IMG/VR virus record: IMGVR_UViG_3300035562_000036
Span: 1 to 33,104 of that record
Reading direction: 5' to 3' (one strand)
DNA length: 33,104 nucleotides
DNA from: a virus
Taxonomy: Duplodnaviria; Caudoviricetes
Shown: in pieces, positions 1-6,401 of the stretch
Position numbering within the stretch: position 1 is the first letter of the stretch
How the letters are laid out: each line of letters begins with the position of its first letter
The notes under the pieces: generated by a model
What the model was told of the DNA's origin: nothing
Databases searched by the model: none
What the model saw: only the letters and a program-made list of their open reading frames with translations
Position numbers and translations under genes: made by a program

Positions 1-51
1 GTCGGTACCGAGCGCGGTAATCACGAGATAGTGTTCATCTGGCTTAGGCAA
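1..51 (-). CDS. gcvR: Glycine cleavage system transcriptional repressor GcvR, 5' part (runs off the window)
   Basis: Manual translation from TTG at 51 gives MPKPDEHYLVITALGTD, matching the GcvR N-terminus (HYLVITALG.D). AGGAAG SD upstream. Divergent from dapA as in enterobacteria. Confidence 0.9.
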   Translation of the reverse strand, partial: MPKPDEHYLVITALGTD

Positions 52-138
52 AATGGAGCTTCCTGTCGTGCACAATGGGGTTACCATGGTAAACATAAAA
101 AAAACCGCCTGCCAAGCGCTTACAACGCCGTTGTTTGC

Positions 139-168
139 TTGCTTTTGGATAGGCAGCAAAAGTACCAT
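139..168 (+). promoter_or_regulatory. Host dapA promoter (-35 TTGCTT, 18 bp, -10 TACCAT), now facing into the prophage at attL
   Basis: TTGCTT at 139-144 and TACCAT at 163-168. Same hexamers and spacing as the E. coli dapA promoter as I recall it. Confidence 0.7.
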
Positions 169-172
169 GAGT
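159..172 (+). repeat. attL core AAAGTACCATGAGT
   Basis: Exact 14-bp direct repeat with 32502-32515. Joining the two flanks rebuilds a normal gcvR-dapA intergenic region. Confidence 0.92.
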
Positions 173-244
173 TCTTATCCCGATATTTTTAAACCGCGTC
201 AGCACTGGCCTGATGCTGTTCCTACCCCACCTGGTTAACCTTTC

Positions 245-270
245 AAGTCCGCTAAAATCCTGTTGAATCC
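245..270 (+). promoter_or_regulatory. Putative Cox/Apl binding array in the att arm (AAGTCC, AAATCC, GAATCC at 10-bp period)
   Basis: Hexamers at 245-250, 255-260 and 265-270. The same phased motif occurs at 2241-2266. Cox/Apl proteins bind phased direct repeats at both attP and the switch. Confidence 0.6.
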
Positions 271-276
271 GAGCAT

Positions 277-295
277 TTTGGGCAAAATGTGGATC
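277..295 (+). promoter_or_regulatory. Putative integrase arm-type sites (TTTGGGCA, TGTGGATC)
   Basis: Tandem pair 11 bp apart resembling the P2 Int arm consensus TGTGGACA. A matching pair lies at 32437-32455. Confidence 0.5.
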
Positions 296-317
296 ACTTG
301 ACTACGGTTACAATTGG

Positions 318-342
318 TAAAAAGCCGCCCTGAAGGGCGGCT
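318..342 (-). terminator. Intrinsic terminator of the TimP-like mRNA
   Basis: Minus strand reads AGCCGCCC-TTCA-GGGCGGCT followed by a T run, 5 nt after the TAG stop. Confidence 0.85.
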
Positions 343-347
343 AGTGG

Positions 348-467
348 CTACTTGTTTTTGACGTTCACATTGATGTTGATTTGGTTGCTGGTTATTGACC
401 AGCCTCCTTTTTCAGCACCAATGATCCCGCCAAAAATAATGAGCAGAACACAGATGTGTCTTTTCAT
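348..467 (-). CDS. TimP-like small membrane toxin, 39 aa (MKRHICVLLIIFGGIIGAEKGGWSITSNQININVNVKNK)
   Basis: Manually translated; too short for the ORF track. Basic N-terminus, hydrophobic stretch and Asn-rich tail as in TimP. Sits at the ORF position of the RyfA-like RNA. Confidence 0.8.
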   Translation of the reverse strand: MKRHICVLLIIFGGIIGAEKGGWSITSNQININVNVKNK

Positions 468-529
468 TGTGCGGTTCCGATTAAACCGCAATCATTGAAA
501 ACCCACCGACAGACCCACAACGATACAAG

Positions 530-547
530 CATGTGTTGTGCTTGCGT
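530..547. repeat. 18-bp direct repeat CATGTGTTGTGCTTGCGT, copy 1 (antitoxin target in the toxin 5' UTR)
   Basis: Identical to 759-776. On the minus-strand mRNA it is complementary to the sRNA 5' end. Confidence 0.9.
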
Positions 548-617
548 TTACGGTACTTGGATTCCCTATCCTAAGGCCGGTGACCGATTGCTAAGTCGGC
601 GACAGGGGCCGAGGCTG

Positions 618-626
618 ATCATAACA
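618..626 (-). promoter_or_regulatory. Extended -10 promoter (TGtTATGAT) for the toxin mRNA
   Basis: Lies about 7 nt upstream of the RyfA-like 5' end (~611). Confidence 0.65.
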
Positions 627-667
627 TTCTTGACGTAAGTTGCGTGAAAATAAAGAATGTTTGCCAG

Positions 668-727
668 TTGTCGGGACTTGCCGGGACTTGTCGGGACTTG
701 TTGAGGCTTGTTAGGGCTTGTTAGGTT
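668..727. repeat. Six degenerate 10-bp tandem repeats (TTGTCGGGAC to TTGTTAGGGC)
   Basis: Directly visible. Minus strand reads CAAGCCCTAA CAAGCCTCAA CAAGTCCCGA CAAGTCCCGG CAAGTCCCGA. Confidence 0.9.
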
Positions 728-754
728 GAAAAAAACGTGCGGCGGGTATATAGT
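726..754 (+). promoter_or_regulatory. Sigma70 promoter of the antitoxin sRNA (TTGAAA-17-TATAGT)
   Basis: -35 at 726-731 and -10 at 749-754, each 5/6 consensus, with optimal spacing. Predicted start ~760-761 coincides with the complementary segment. Confidence 0.8.
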
Positions 755-759
755 CACCC

Positions 760-839
760 ATGTGTTGTGCTTGCGTAATATTTCCTCTAAGACCGCTAAT
801 CTTGGAGGAACAAAGAAACCACCTTCGGGTGGTTTTTTT
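760..839 (+). ncRNA. TimR/RyfB-like antitoxin sRNA (~80 nt)
   Basis: Has its own promoter. First ~17 nt are complementary to the toxin leader. Internal hairpin 782-792/800-810, then a terminator. Divergent from the toxin gene, as in timP/timR. Confidence 0.75.
812..839. terminator. Bidirectional intrinsic terminator (sRNA on +, int on -)
   Basis: AAACCACC-TTCG-GGTGGTTT with T7 on the right and an A-rich tract on the left. Confidence 0.85.
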
Positions 840-849
840 GTTTTCTGAT

Positions 850-1824
850 TTATTGATTTTCCAATGGGTTTAGCCGCACTGCATCATTGAGATAGTCCGG
901 CGCAAGGTGGGCGTAGACCATCGTTTGCACTATGGATGCATGCCCTAATATCTTTTGAAGCGTCAGGATGTTGCCGCCGTTCATCATAAAATGACTGGCG
1001 AAGGTATGCCGCATAACGTGCGTTGCTTGGCCGTCTGGCAGGTCGGGGATCACCGATTTGAGCACACGACGCACATTTAAATAATGGACGTCGGGAAACA
1101 GGCGCTTACCGTTCCCGGCCGTGATTTCATCATGAAGTGATTGGGATATTGGCACGGATCTGTTTAGCCCGTTTTTTGTATTTAAGAACGTCACTTTATG
1201 CTTTATCACGGCGGAACGGGTCAGGGTGGCCGCTTCATTCCAGCGCGCGCCGGTAGCAAGGCATAACCGGGACGCTTTGAGATCATCCCCGGTTAACGCG
1301 CCTAAGAACGTGTGAATTTGTTCTTGTGACAGAAATGTCATTTCAGATTGATTATTGCTGAGTAAATCAATCCCTGTCATCGGGTTAGTATCTTTGTACT
1401 GGCCTGCTTTAATCAGCGTAGTGAAAACACCGCTGAGCAACTTTTGATACTTGTTAATCGTCGAAGGCTTAAGCCCCCGTTTAAGCTGTTCCGCCCGGTA
1501 ATCTGAAAACACGCCTTTGGTCATTTTCGAGGCCAGCGGGTTACCTACTGCATCAGCTATGTTAATCAGATGGAGTTTTGCTTGCGCGCCGGTTTTCAGG
1601 GACTGGCCCTTGTACTTCCACCAGAGATCGATAAATTCGGTCAGTGTTCGACGATCGGCTGGTTTATCCAGCCATTCTTTATTGTTTTGAGTGGCGATCG
1701 CCCAGCGTTCAAACTGCTGCGCTTCTCCTTTTGTGGCAAAGCGTTTGCGGATGCGTTTGCCGCTGCGGCCCTGCGGCCGAACGTCTACCAGGTATTGCCC
1801 GTTATCCTGTTTGGTTATCGTCAT
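850..1824 (-). CDS. int: P2-type tyrosine recombinase (integrase)
   Basis: P2-Int-like N-terminus (VDVRPQGRSGKRIRKRF). Catalytic motifs TGARWNE, HVMRHTFASHF, LGHASIVQTMVYAH. Confidence 0.97.
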   Translation of the reverse strand: MTITKQDNGQYLVDVRPQGRSGKRIRKRFATKGEAQQFERWAIATQNNKEWLDKPADRRTLTEFIDLWWKYKGQSLKTGAQAKLHLINIADAVGNPLASKMTKGVFSDYRAEQLKRGLKPSTINKYQKLLSGVFTTLIKAGQYKDTNPMTGIDLLSNNQSEMTFLSQEQIHTFLGALTGDDLKASRLCLATGARWNEAATLTRSAVIKHKVTFLNTKNGLNRSVPISQSLHDEITAGNGKRLFPDVHYLNVRRVLKSVIPDLPDGQATHVMRHTFASHFMMNGGNILTLQKILGHASIVQTMVYAHLAPDYLNDAVRLNPLENQ

Positions 1825-1888
1825 TCGAAATAATTCCTTTCATAGCAAATCCCGCCGCTAGACCATTTCTCCATAATTTTCAATGCGG

Positions 1889-2188
1889 TTAGCCAACCTT
1901 CTGGCCTTTTTGGTGGTCGGATGTGTTGTCGTGCCCATCAGGGGAGAGAGACGGGGAGATTTGCCCCGCTGCTTCTGACGTTTTCCCATTCATTAGCCAC
2001 ATTGTGTATTTTTCAAACCTGGGGTGATTGGCGACCTTATCAACGATTGATAGCCCTGCATTCTTTTGCCCAGACTCGTAATTTTTCACTGTGCTAAGCC
2101 CCAATCCCAACTCTTTAGCAAAGGCTGGCTGTGTTAGTCCTTCAGCTGTTCTTATCTGCTTGAGCTTTTCACCGTAGTCACTTGACAT
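1889..2188 (-). CDS. P2 C-like immunity repressor (XRE HTH); start probably at 2188 (MSSDY), alternative 2197
   Basis: HTH (LTQPAFAKELGLGLSTVKNYESG) and P2 C-type tail (FEKYTMWLMNG..AGQISP..GQKVG). Located between int and cox. Confidence 0.92.
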   Translation of the reverse strand: MSSDYGEKLKQIRTAEGLTQPAFAKELGLGLSTVKNYESGQKNAGLSIVDKVANHPRFEKYTMWLMNGKTSEAAGQISPSLSPDGHDNTSDHQKGQKVG

Positions 2189-2211
2189 CGTACCCATATG
2201 GAGACTATCCT
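2182..2211 (+). promoter_or_regulatory. Early lytic promoter Pe (TTGACA-18-TATCCT)
   Basis: Consensus -35 overlapping the C start codon. The first operator occupies the spacer. Confidence 0.65.
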
Positions 2212-2236
2212 CTTTTCATCGTCTCCATGTGGAGAC
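2190..2236. promoter_or_regulatory. Two palindromic repressor operators GTACCCATATGGAGAC (2190-2205) and GTCTCCATGTGGAGAC (2221-2236)
   Basis: Related 16-bp near-palindromes flanking the Pe -10 element. Confidence 0.75.
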
Positions 2237-2240
2237 TGTT

Positions 2241-2266
2241 GAGTCCTATGAAATCCGGTTGAATCC
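2241..2266 (+). promoter_or_regulatory. Putative Cox binding array at the switch (GAGTCC, AAATCC, GAATCC at 10-bp period)
   Basis: Hexamers at 2241-2246, 2251-2256 and 2261-2266, mirroring 245-270. Confidence 0.6.
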
Positions 2267-2290
2267 GGTGGTGATCTGGAAGGATAAACG

Positions 2291-2551
2291 ATGACAGTCA
2301 AAAGACCCAAGCCCGCTATGGTGAAAATGCCTGATTGTCCGGTAGTTTTTTGTTTGCCATACCCGAAATTGACGCTTTCCGCCTATGCGGAAGTCACTGG
2401 GCAAACAGTCCGCACCGTGCAGCAGCAGGCCAATGAAAACAAGCTGACATTGACCAAAAAGAAGAAAGGCAAAGAGCGCGAAGTAAACATGATTTACGAG
2501 TTCTTGGAAGCCTACGAAGAGGCGCAGGAAGCGCTACGGATGAAGGTTTAA
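2291..2551 (+). CDS. cox: Cox/Apl-like regulator and excisionase
   Basis: First gene of the early operon, divergent from C. Winged-HTH pattern (LTLSAYAEVTGQTVRTVQQQ...EVNM). AAGGA SD. Confidence 0.8.
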   Translation: MTVKRPKPAMVKMPDCPVVFCLPYPKLTLSAYAEVTGQTVRTVQQQANENKLTLTKKKKGKEREVNMIYEFLEAYEEAQEALRMKV

Positions 2552-2563
2552 GGGAGCTGAACC

Positions 2564-2776
2564 ATGAACCAGCCAGCGCATGCGCTGACCAAGGTCAGCG
2601 AGCATACCAACGTTTACCGGGGTTTTTGCATTACCAAGTTACCCCGGAAGGCTATGAACCCGGTCACCCGGTACCACGTTAGCCAGGGCGATCAGTCCTA
2701 CGGCAAGTTTGACGCGCAGGCCGAGGCAACCAGTTATATCGACGGGTTATATGGGCAAAGCGAGGTGAAGGGATGA
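2564..2776 (+). CDS. Conserved P2-like early protein (DUF4761-like)
   Basis: YRGFCITKLPR...RYHV...YGKFDA pattern typical of the gene after cox. GGGAG SD. Confidence 0.65.
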   Translation: MNQPAHALTKVSEHTNVYRGFCITKLPRKAMNPVTRYHVSQGDQSYGKFDAQAEATSYIDGLYGQSEVKG

Positions 2777-3027
2777 GCCAGCCATTTTTTGCAGCGGCTA
2801 ACAAAGTGTTGAGCATGTACGCCTTGCGCCAGGAACGGGCCATCCGTAATGCACCGCCGCATTCACCGGCAGAAATTTATTGGGCATGTGAAATGCTGCA
2901 AAGCATCGCCGCCGCTGCCGCTTACGCGGGAAGCAAAGAAGCCGTATATCTGAGAGCCAAATCCGAAGCCTGGAGCCGTACAGAAATCACCCCGGAGCTA
3001 TTCATTGAAGAGGAAGCCCAATCATGA
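2773..3027 (+). CDS. Hypothetical early protein
   Basis: ATGA-coupled to both neighbours. Confidence 0.7.
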   Translation: MSQPFFAAANKVLSMYALRQERAIRNAPPHSPAEIYWACEMLQSIAAAAAYAGSKEAVYLRAKSEAWSRTEITPELFIEEEAQS

Positions 3028-3245
3028 CAACCGTGCAATGTCCATCACTGGCCGCAATGCTTATCAACGGCCAGCAGGTGACACATCGCCGCCATACTCG
3101 CGGCTGGATTGAAGCCCCGGACGGTCGCCACTTCCAGCCGGAGGCCAGCGAGGTGCAGTTTATTAAAGGGTGCCGCACTCCATTCATGGCGCGCCCGCGT
3201 AATAAGGCCCGCTGGTTTGCCAAGTTAATGGGAATTTTCGCTTAA
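3024..3245 (+). CDS. Fil-family phage protein
   Basis: PSLAAML..GQQVTH....RGWIE.PDGRHFQP motif of 186 Fil-like proteins. Confidence 0.7.
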   Translation: MTTVQCPSLAAMLINGQQVTHRRHTRGWIEAPDGRHFQPEASEVQFIKGCRTPFMARPRNKARWFAKLMGIFA

Positions 3246-3315
3246 AAGGCAGAGTCCTTTCTAAAGTGAAATTTCGGAAAGCGCTTTGTAAACGTAATAA
3301 AGGAGTGATAACAAA

Positions 3316-3567
3316 ATGGGTAACATTATTTATTATGACAACTTAACTCCGTCTGTTAGTACGTTCTATCGTGATGGTAATTTTATTGGGCGTATCCAAT
3401 ATAACGCAGAGGGTGGCGTGGATAATTACACCATTGTTGATGACTTGTTGTCTGTGGTGGATGAAGAGACGTTAAAAGCAGCGACAAACGACGCTGCGAA
3501 AATTAAAGAAGTGCTGAGAAAGTATACTCGATCTACAGCACCTAGCTTCATTACGTACAAGGGATAA
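3316..3567 (+). CDS. Hypothetical protein (AT-rich)
   Basis: 83-aa ORF with AAGGAG SD; no recognisable family. Confidence 0.65.
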   Translation: MGNIIYYDNLTPSVSTFYRDGNFIGRIQYNAEGGVDNYTIVDDLLSVVDEETLKAATNDAAKIKEVLRKYTRSTAPSFITYKG

Positions 3568-3570
3568 TGG

Positions 3571-3795
3571 TTATTTCTTCGTAACTAAATCCATAAGGCC
3601 CTTGTTTAAATGCTCAATCAGATCTCTGACTTGTTGTTCTGTATAGGCGAAACTAATGGATCTAGGGCCGGAAAGTGCTTCACCAAAAGCCGTGCTGACA
3701 AGTTCATTTTCAATGACAACATATTTGTTTTTGTCGTCGCTGCCAATGGTCATCACAATGTTGCCAACTAGTTCAGCGCGTTTTTTATTAGACAT
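3571..3795 (-). CDS. Hypothetical protein, 74 aa (MSNKKRAELVG...), antisense to the early operon
   Basis: AAGGAG SD (plus-strand CTCCTT at 3804-3809) supports the ATG at 3795. Fills the gap without overlapping neighbours. Confidence 0.6.
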   Translation of the reverse strand: MSNKKRAELVGNIVMTIGSDDKNKYVVIENELVSTAFGEALSGPRSISFAYTEQQVRDLIEHLNKGLMDLVTKK

Positions 3796-4004
3796 AGCAA
3801 TTACTCCTTTCCTTGTGGAGGTGAATGTTAAGCCTGAGTCCTTATGAGGGTGGACGGCATCAGGCGCAGAAACATTACCACAAAACCATGCGCCGGGCAT
3901 GGCTAAAACCCGGCACCTATATGGGAGCGCATCCCGCCCGTTAACCTTTGGTGCGGGGCGTCAACGGGGTGCGCTGCCATATAGATGATGTGGAGGCGGA
4001 TTAT

Positions 4005-4340
4005 ATGAATAACTTAATAGGTGATATTGGCGTAGCGCCAACGCCAAGCCAGAAAAAGAAAGGGCTGGCGTATTCATATAAGTGCATGCAAATGATTGCA
4101 GCCTTTAAAACAGCCGGTAATGAAACGAAAGAGTTTATTAATTCATTGCATTCCAGGCATAGAGGGCTGATTTATTTCACTGCCGAAATTCCAAAGGCTA
4201 GGCACAGGGTGAAATTTGAGCACCTAACCGAACGGGAACGGCTTGCCGTTATCGAGGCGATGCGAGAACTGCGGGAGCTGGTAGGCTCATTCCCGCATCG
4301 GTTGAGTAACACCGATAGTGTATTAAGTGTAAGCGAGTAA
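4005..4340 (+). CDS. P2-like early protein (DUF5347 / gene B-position protein)
   Basis: IYFTAEIPKARH..KFEHLTERERLAVIEAMREL pattern. GGAGG SD precedes the ATG at 4005. Confidence 0.65.
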   Translation: MNNLIGDIGVAPTPSQKKKGLAYSYKCMQMIAAFKTAGNETKEFINSLHSRHRGLIYFTAEIPKARHRVKFEHLTERERLAVIEAMRELRELVGSFPHRLSNTDSVLSVSE

Positions 4341-4413
4341 TTAGCAACTGGGTTTTCTGGCGCTTTTATATATTGCGCCGGGTTTTCTATTGTCTGAATA
4401 CGGAGTTTAGAAA

Positions 4414-4635
4414 GTGATTAATATATCTAACCGGGCAGCACCGCCAGAAGTTTACCGCAATGCTGTGAATATAATACGCGGATTTCAGCGTAAAAATAAA
4501 TTAACCAAATCGGCTGATGATAATACTGTTTTAAAAATTAAAGTCGGCCCTAACTGGCGGTTACTTAGCCGCAATAGTGGGGCCGATTGGCGTTTGATGA
4601 GCCGGAAAGAATTTAACCGGGAGTGCTTGCAATGA
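4414..4635 (+). CDS. Small basic phage protein, ParE/RelE-toxin-like fold candidate
   Basis: LKIKVGPNWRLLSRNSGADWRLMS..EFN resembles small phage ParE-like proteins. GGAG SD, GTG start. Confidence 0.55.
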   Translation: MINISNRAAPPEVYRNAVNIIRGFQRKNKLTKSADDNTVLKIKVGPNWRLLSRNSGADWRLMSRKEFNRECLQ

Positions 4636-4901
4636 ATAAGCATGATTTAAAAATTGAACCTGAACATTTTGCAGCTGTTGTTAGTGGGGAAAAAAAAGCT
4701 GAGTTTCGTTTAAATGACCGTGGCTTTTCAGTGGGGGATTTGCTTTGCCTGCAAGAGTATGGCCCACATCCAGAGTTTGATCACCTTGTAGGGTTTACCG
4801 GGGAATTCATTTGGGTTCGCGTTACCCATATCACTCTATTAGATGAGTGGGCCCCTGAGTTTGTCATGCTGAGTATTGAGCGGGGGCCATTCAAGTTATG
4901 A
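4632..4901 (+). CDS. ASCH/PUA-like (DUF3850) protein
   Basis: HDLKIEPEHFAAVVSGEKKAEFRLNDRGFSVGDLLCLQEY signature. ATGA coupling at 4632. Confidence 0.85.
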   Translation: MNKHDLKIEPEHFAAVVSGEKKAEFRLNDRGFSVGDLLCLQEYGPHPEFDHLVGFTGEFIWVRVTHITLLDEWAPEFVMLSIERGPFKL

Positions 4902-5197
4902 GCATTCAACTGTGGAATAAGGGTGTTTATCGTCAATGGACTGCGCAGGAAGATAACATCGTCATTGCTATGGCGGGTAAATCCTCACCGGCAGAAATTG
5001 GCAAGGTTATTAATCGGTCAGCGCGTGCGGTGCATTGCCGCGCTCAATGGCTGGATGTTTCATTGAAGTATCACACGAAATACAAACCTGTTGTCTCTGC
5101 CTGTCACCAATTGCGACAACAAGGCAAGACTCTTTCCTTTATAGCCAAAGTGCTTGGTATCCCTCTTGGCTCTGTTGCCGCTTACCTCAATTATTAA
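4898..5197 (+). CDS. Putative HTH DNA-binding protein (Myb/SANT-like plus C-terminal HTH)
   Basis: WTAQEDNIV...AEIGKVINRSARAV and TLSFIAKVLGIPLGSV motifs. Confidence 0.7.
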   Translation: MSIQLWNKGVYRQWTAQEDNIVIAMAGKSSPAEIGKVINRSARAVHCRAQWLDVSLKYHTKYKPVVSACHQLRQQGKTLSFIAKVLGIPLGSVAAYLNY

Positions 5198-5208
5198 GGA
5201 TTTAAATA

Positions 5209-5487
5209 ATGGCTTGTGAATGTTTTAAAAAATACGAGAAAGCAGTTGATGAAAATATTAAAAAAAAGCTAGTCGAAAGTATCGGGGAGATTGAAATTTC
5301 TGGTTTTGAAAATACTCATTGGAGTTTTTCGGGTGGCGATAATTCACCGGTAGCCATGAACTATCGGTTTCGATATTACCGTAAGTGTAAGGATGGGCGA
5401 AACGAATCGCGTTTAACAAAAGCGGATCATCTTGTGACCATGAATTATTGCCCGTTCTGTGGGACAAAGTTCGAAGGTGAAAAATAA
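5209..5487 (+). CDS. Hypothetical zinc-binding phage protein
   Basis: N-terminal CEC and C-terminal YCPFCG. TAAGGA SD. Confidence 0.7.
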   Translation: MACECFKKYEKAVDENIKKKLVESIGEIEISGFENTHWSFSGGDNSPVAMNYRFRYYRKCKDGRNESRLTKADHLVTMNYCPFCGTKFEGEK

Positions 5488-6401
5488 TGAAAGTGAGTGA
5501 TCTGTTTGCTGGTTTGGGTGGTTCTTCAACAGGTGCTCAGATGGCTGGTGCGGAAGTCGTTTGGGCTGCGAACCATTGGCCGGAGGCTGTTGAAGCCCAC
5601 GCCAAGAATCACCCCGGTGCAATTCATGTTTGCCAGGACTTGCGCCAGGCTGATTGGGCATTGGTACCGAAACATGACCTTATGATGGCCTCTCCCTGCT
5701 GCCAGGGGCACAGTAAAGCGAGGGGGAAAAAATACGGTAATCCGCAACATGATGCCAGCCGTTCGACTGCGTGGGCGGTTCCCTCTGCTGCCGAGTGTTT
5801 GGATATCGATGGGGTCATTGTTGAGAACGTGCCAGAGTTCTTAAAGTGGGCATTATATCCAGCCTGGGAATCGGCTATGCAGGGACTAGGCTATTCACTG
5901 GCCCCGCATATCGTTGATTGCGCCGATCTGGGTGTGCCGCAAAACCGTGTTCGCATGTTTATCATCTGCACAAAGAGCAAATCACCTCTCTATTTAAATC
6001 TTCCTAAATATAACCATGTGGCGGCTGAGTCATTCATTGATTTTGACGCGGGTAAATGGCAACCGATTGATAAGCCAGGGCGTGCAGTCGCAACGCTTGA
6101 ACGCATTAAAAACGGACGTGCCGCTTTTGGCGATCGGTTCCTGATTTCTTATTACGGTAATTCTAAATCAGGGCGCTCTCTTTCCCGGCCAATTGGCACC
6201 ATTACCACCCGTGACAGATGGGCCATTATTGACGGCGATCGCATGCGCATGCTTAACGCCGATGAGAACATGAGCGCAATGTCATTCCCTGATGATTACA
6301 TCCGTCCACCGTCGCACAAGCTGACCACCTGGATGGCGGGGAATGCAGTGCCGCCTAAGGCGATGTGCGAAATCATTAAGGCTTATCAGGCTCAGGCATG
6401 A
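5487..6401 (+). CDS. Orphan DNA (cytosine-5)-methyltransferase
   Basis: Motifs I DLFAGLGG, IV SPCCQGHS, VI ENV, VIII QNRVRMF and X GNAVPP. Confidence 0.95.
   Translation: MKVSDLFAGLGGSSTGAQMAGAEVVWAANHWPEAVEAHAKNHPGAIHVCQDLRQADWALVPKHDLMMASPCCQGHSKARGKKYGNPQHDASRSTAWAVPSAAECLDIDGVIVENVPEFLKWALYPAWESAMQGLGYSLAPHIVDCADLGVPQNRVRMFIICTKSKSPLYLNLPKYNHVAAESFIDFDAGKWQPIDKPGRAVATLERIKNGRAAFGDRFLISYYGNSKSGRSLSRPIGTITTRDRWAIIDGDRMRMLNADENMSAMSFPDDYIRPPSHKLTTWMAGNAVPPKAMCEIIKAYQAQA

Larger units (their letters stand above)
318..611 (-). ncRNA. RyfA-family structured RNA (timP-like mRNA with ~145-nt leader)
   Basis: Colinear similarity to E. coli RyfA as recalled: 5' CGGCCCC..CGCCG...CCGGCCTTAGGATAGG, then CCGTAAACGCA, the SD-hiding hairpin TGCGGT..GGAACCGCACAATGAA, and the GCCGCCC/GGGCGGC terminator. 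Confidence 0.75.

Noticed and set aside
53-238. 61-aa plus-strand ORF
   Set aside because: It spans the gcvR/dapA promoter region and the attL junction, so it is a chimeric chance ORF.
348-467. Hok/Gef, TisB or Ibs assignment for the small peptide
   Set aside because: It lacks the Hok C-terminal pattern and no LexA box is evident. The leader, terminator and divergent sRNA fit RyfA/TimP better.
456-757. ORF-track entries 456-638 (+) and 566-757 (-)
   Set aside because: They overlie the toxin leader, promoters and repeat array, have weak starts, and are better explained by the TA module.
530-776. Possible mini-CRISPR array (18-bp repeat pair and decamers)
   Set aside because: Only two 18-bp copies 229 bp apart, the decamers have no spacers, and there are no cas genes.
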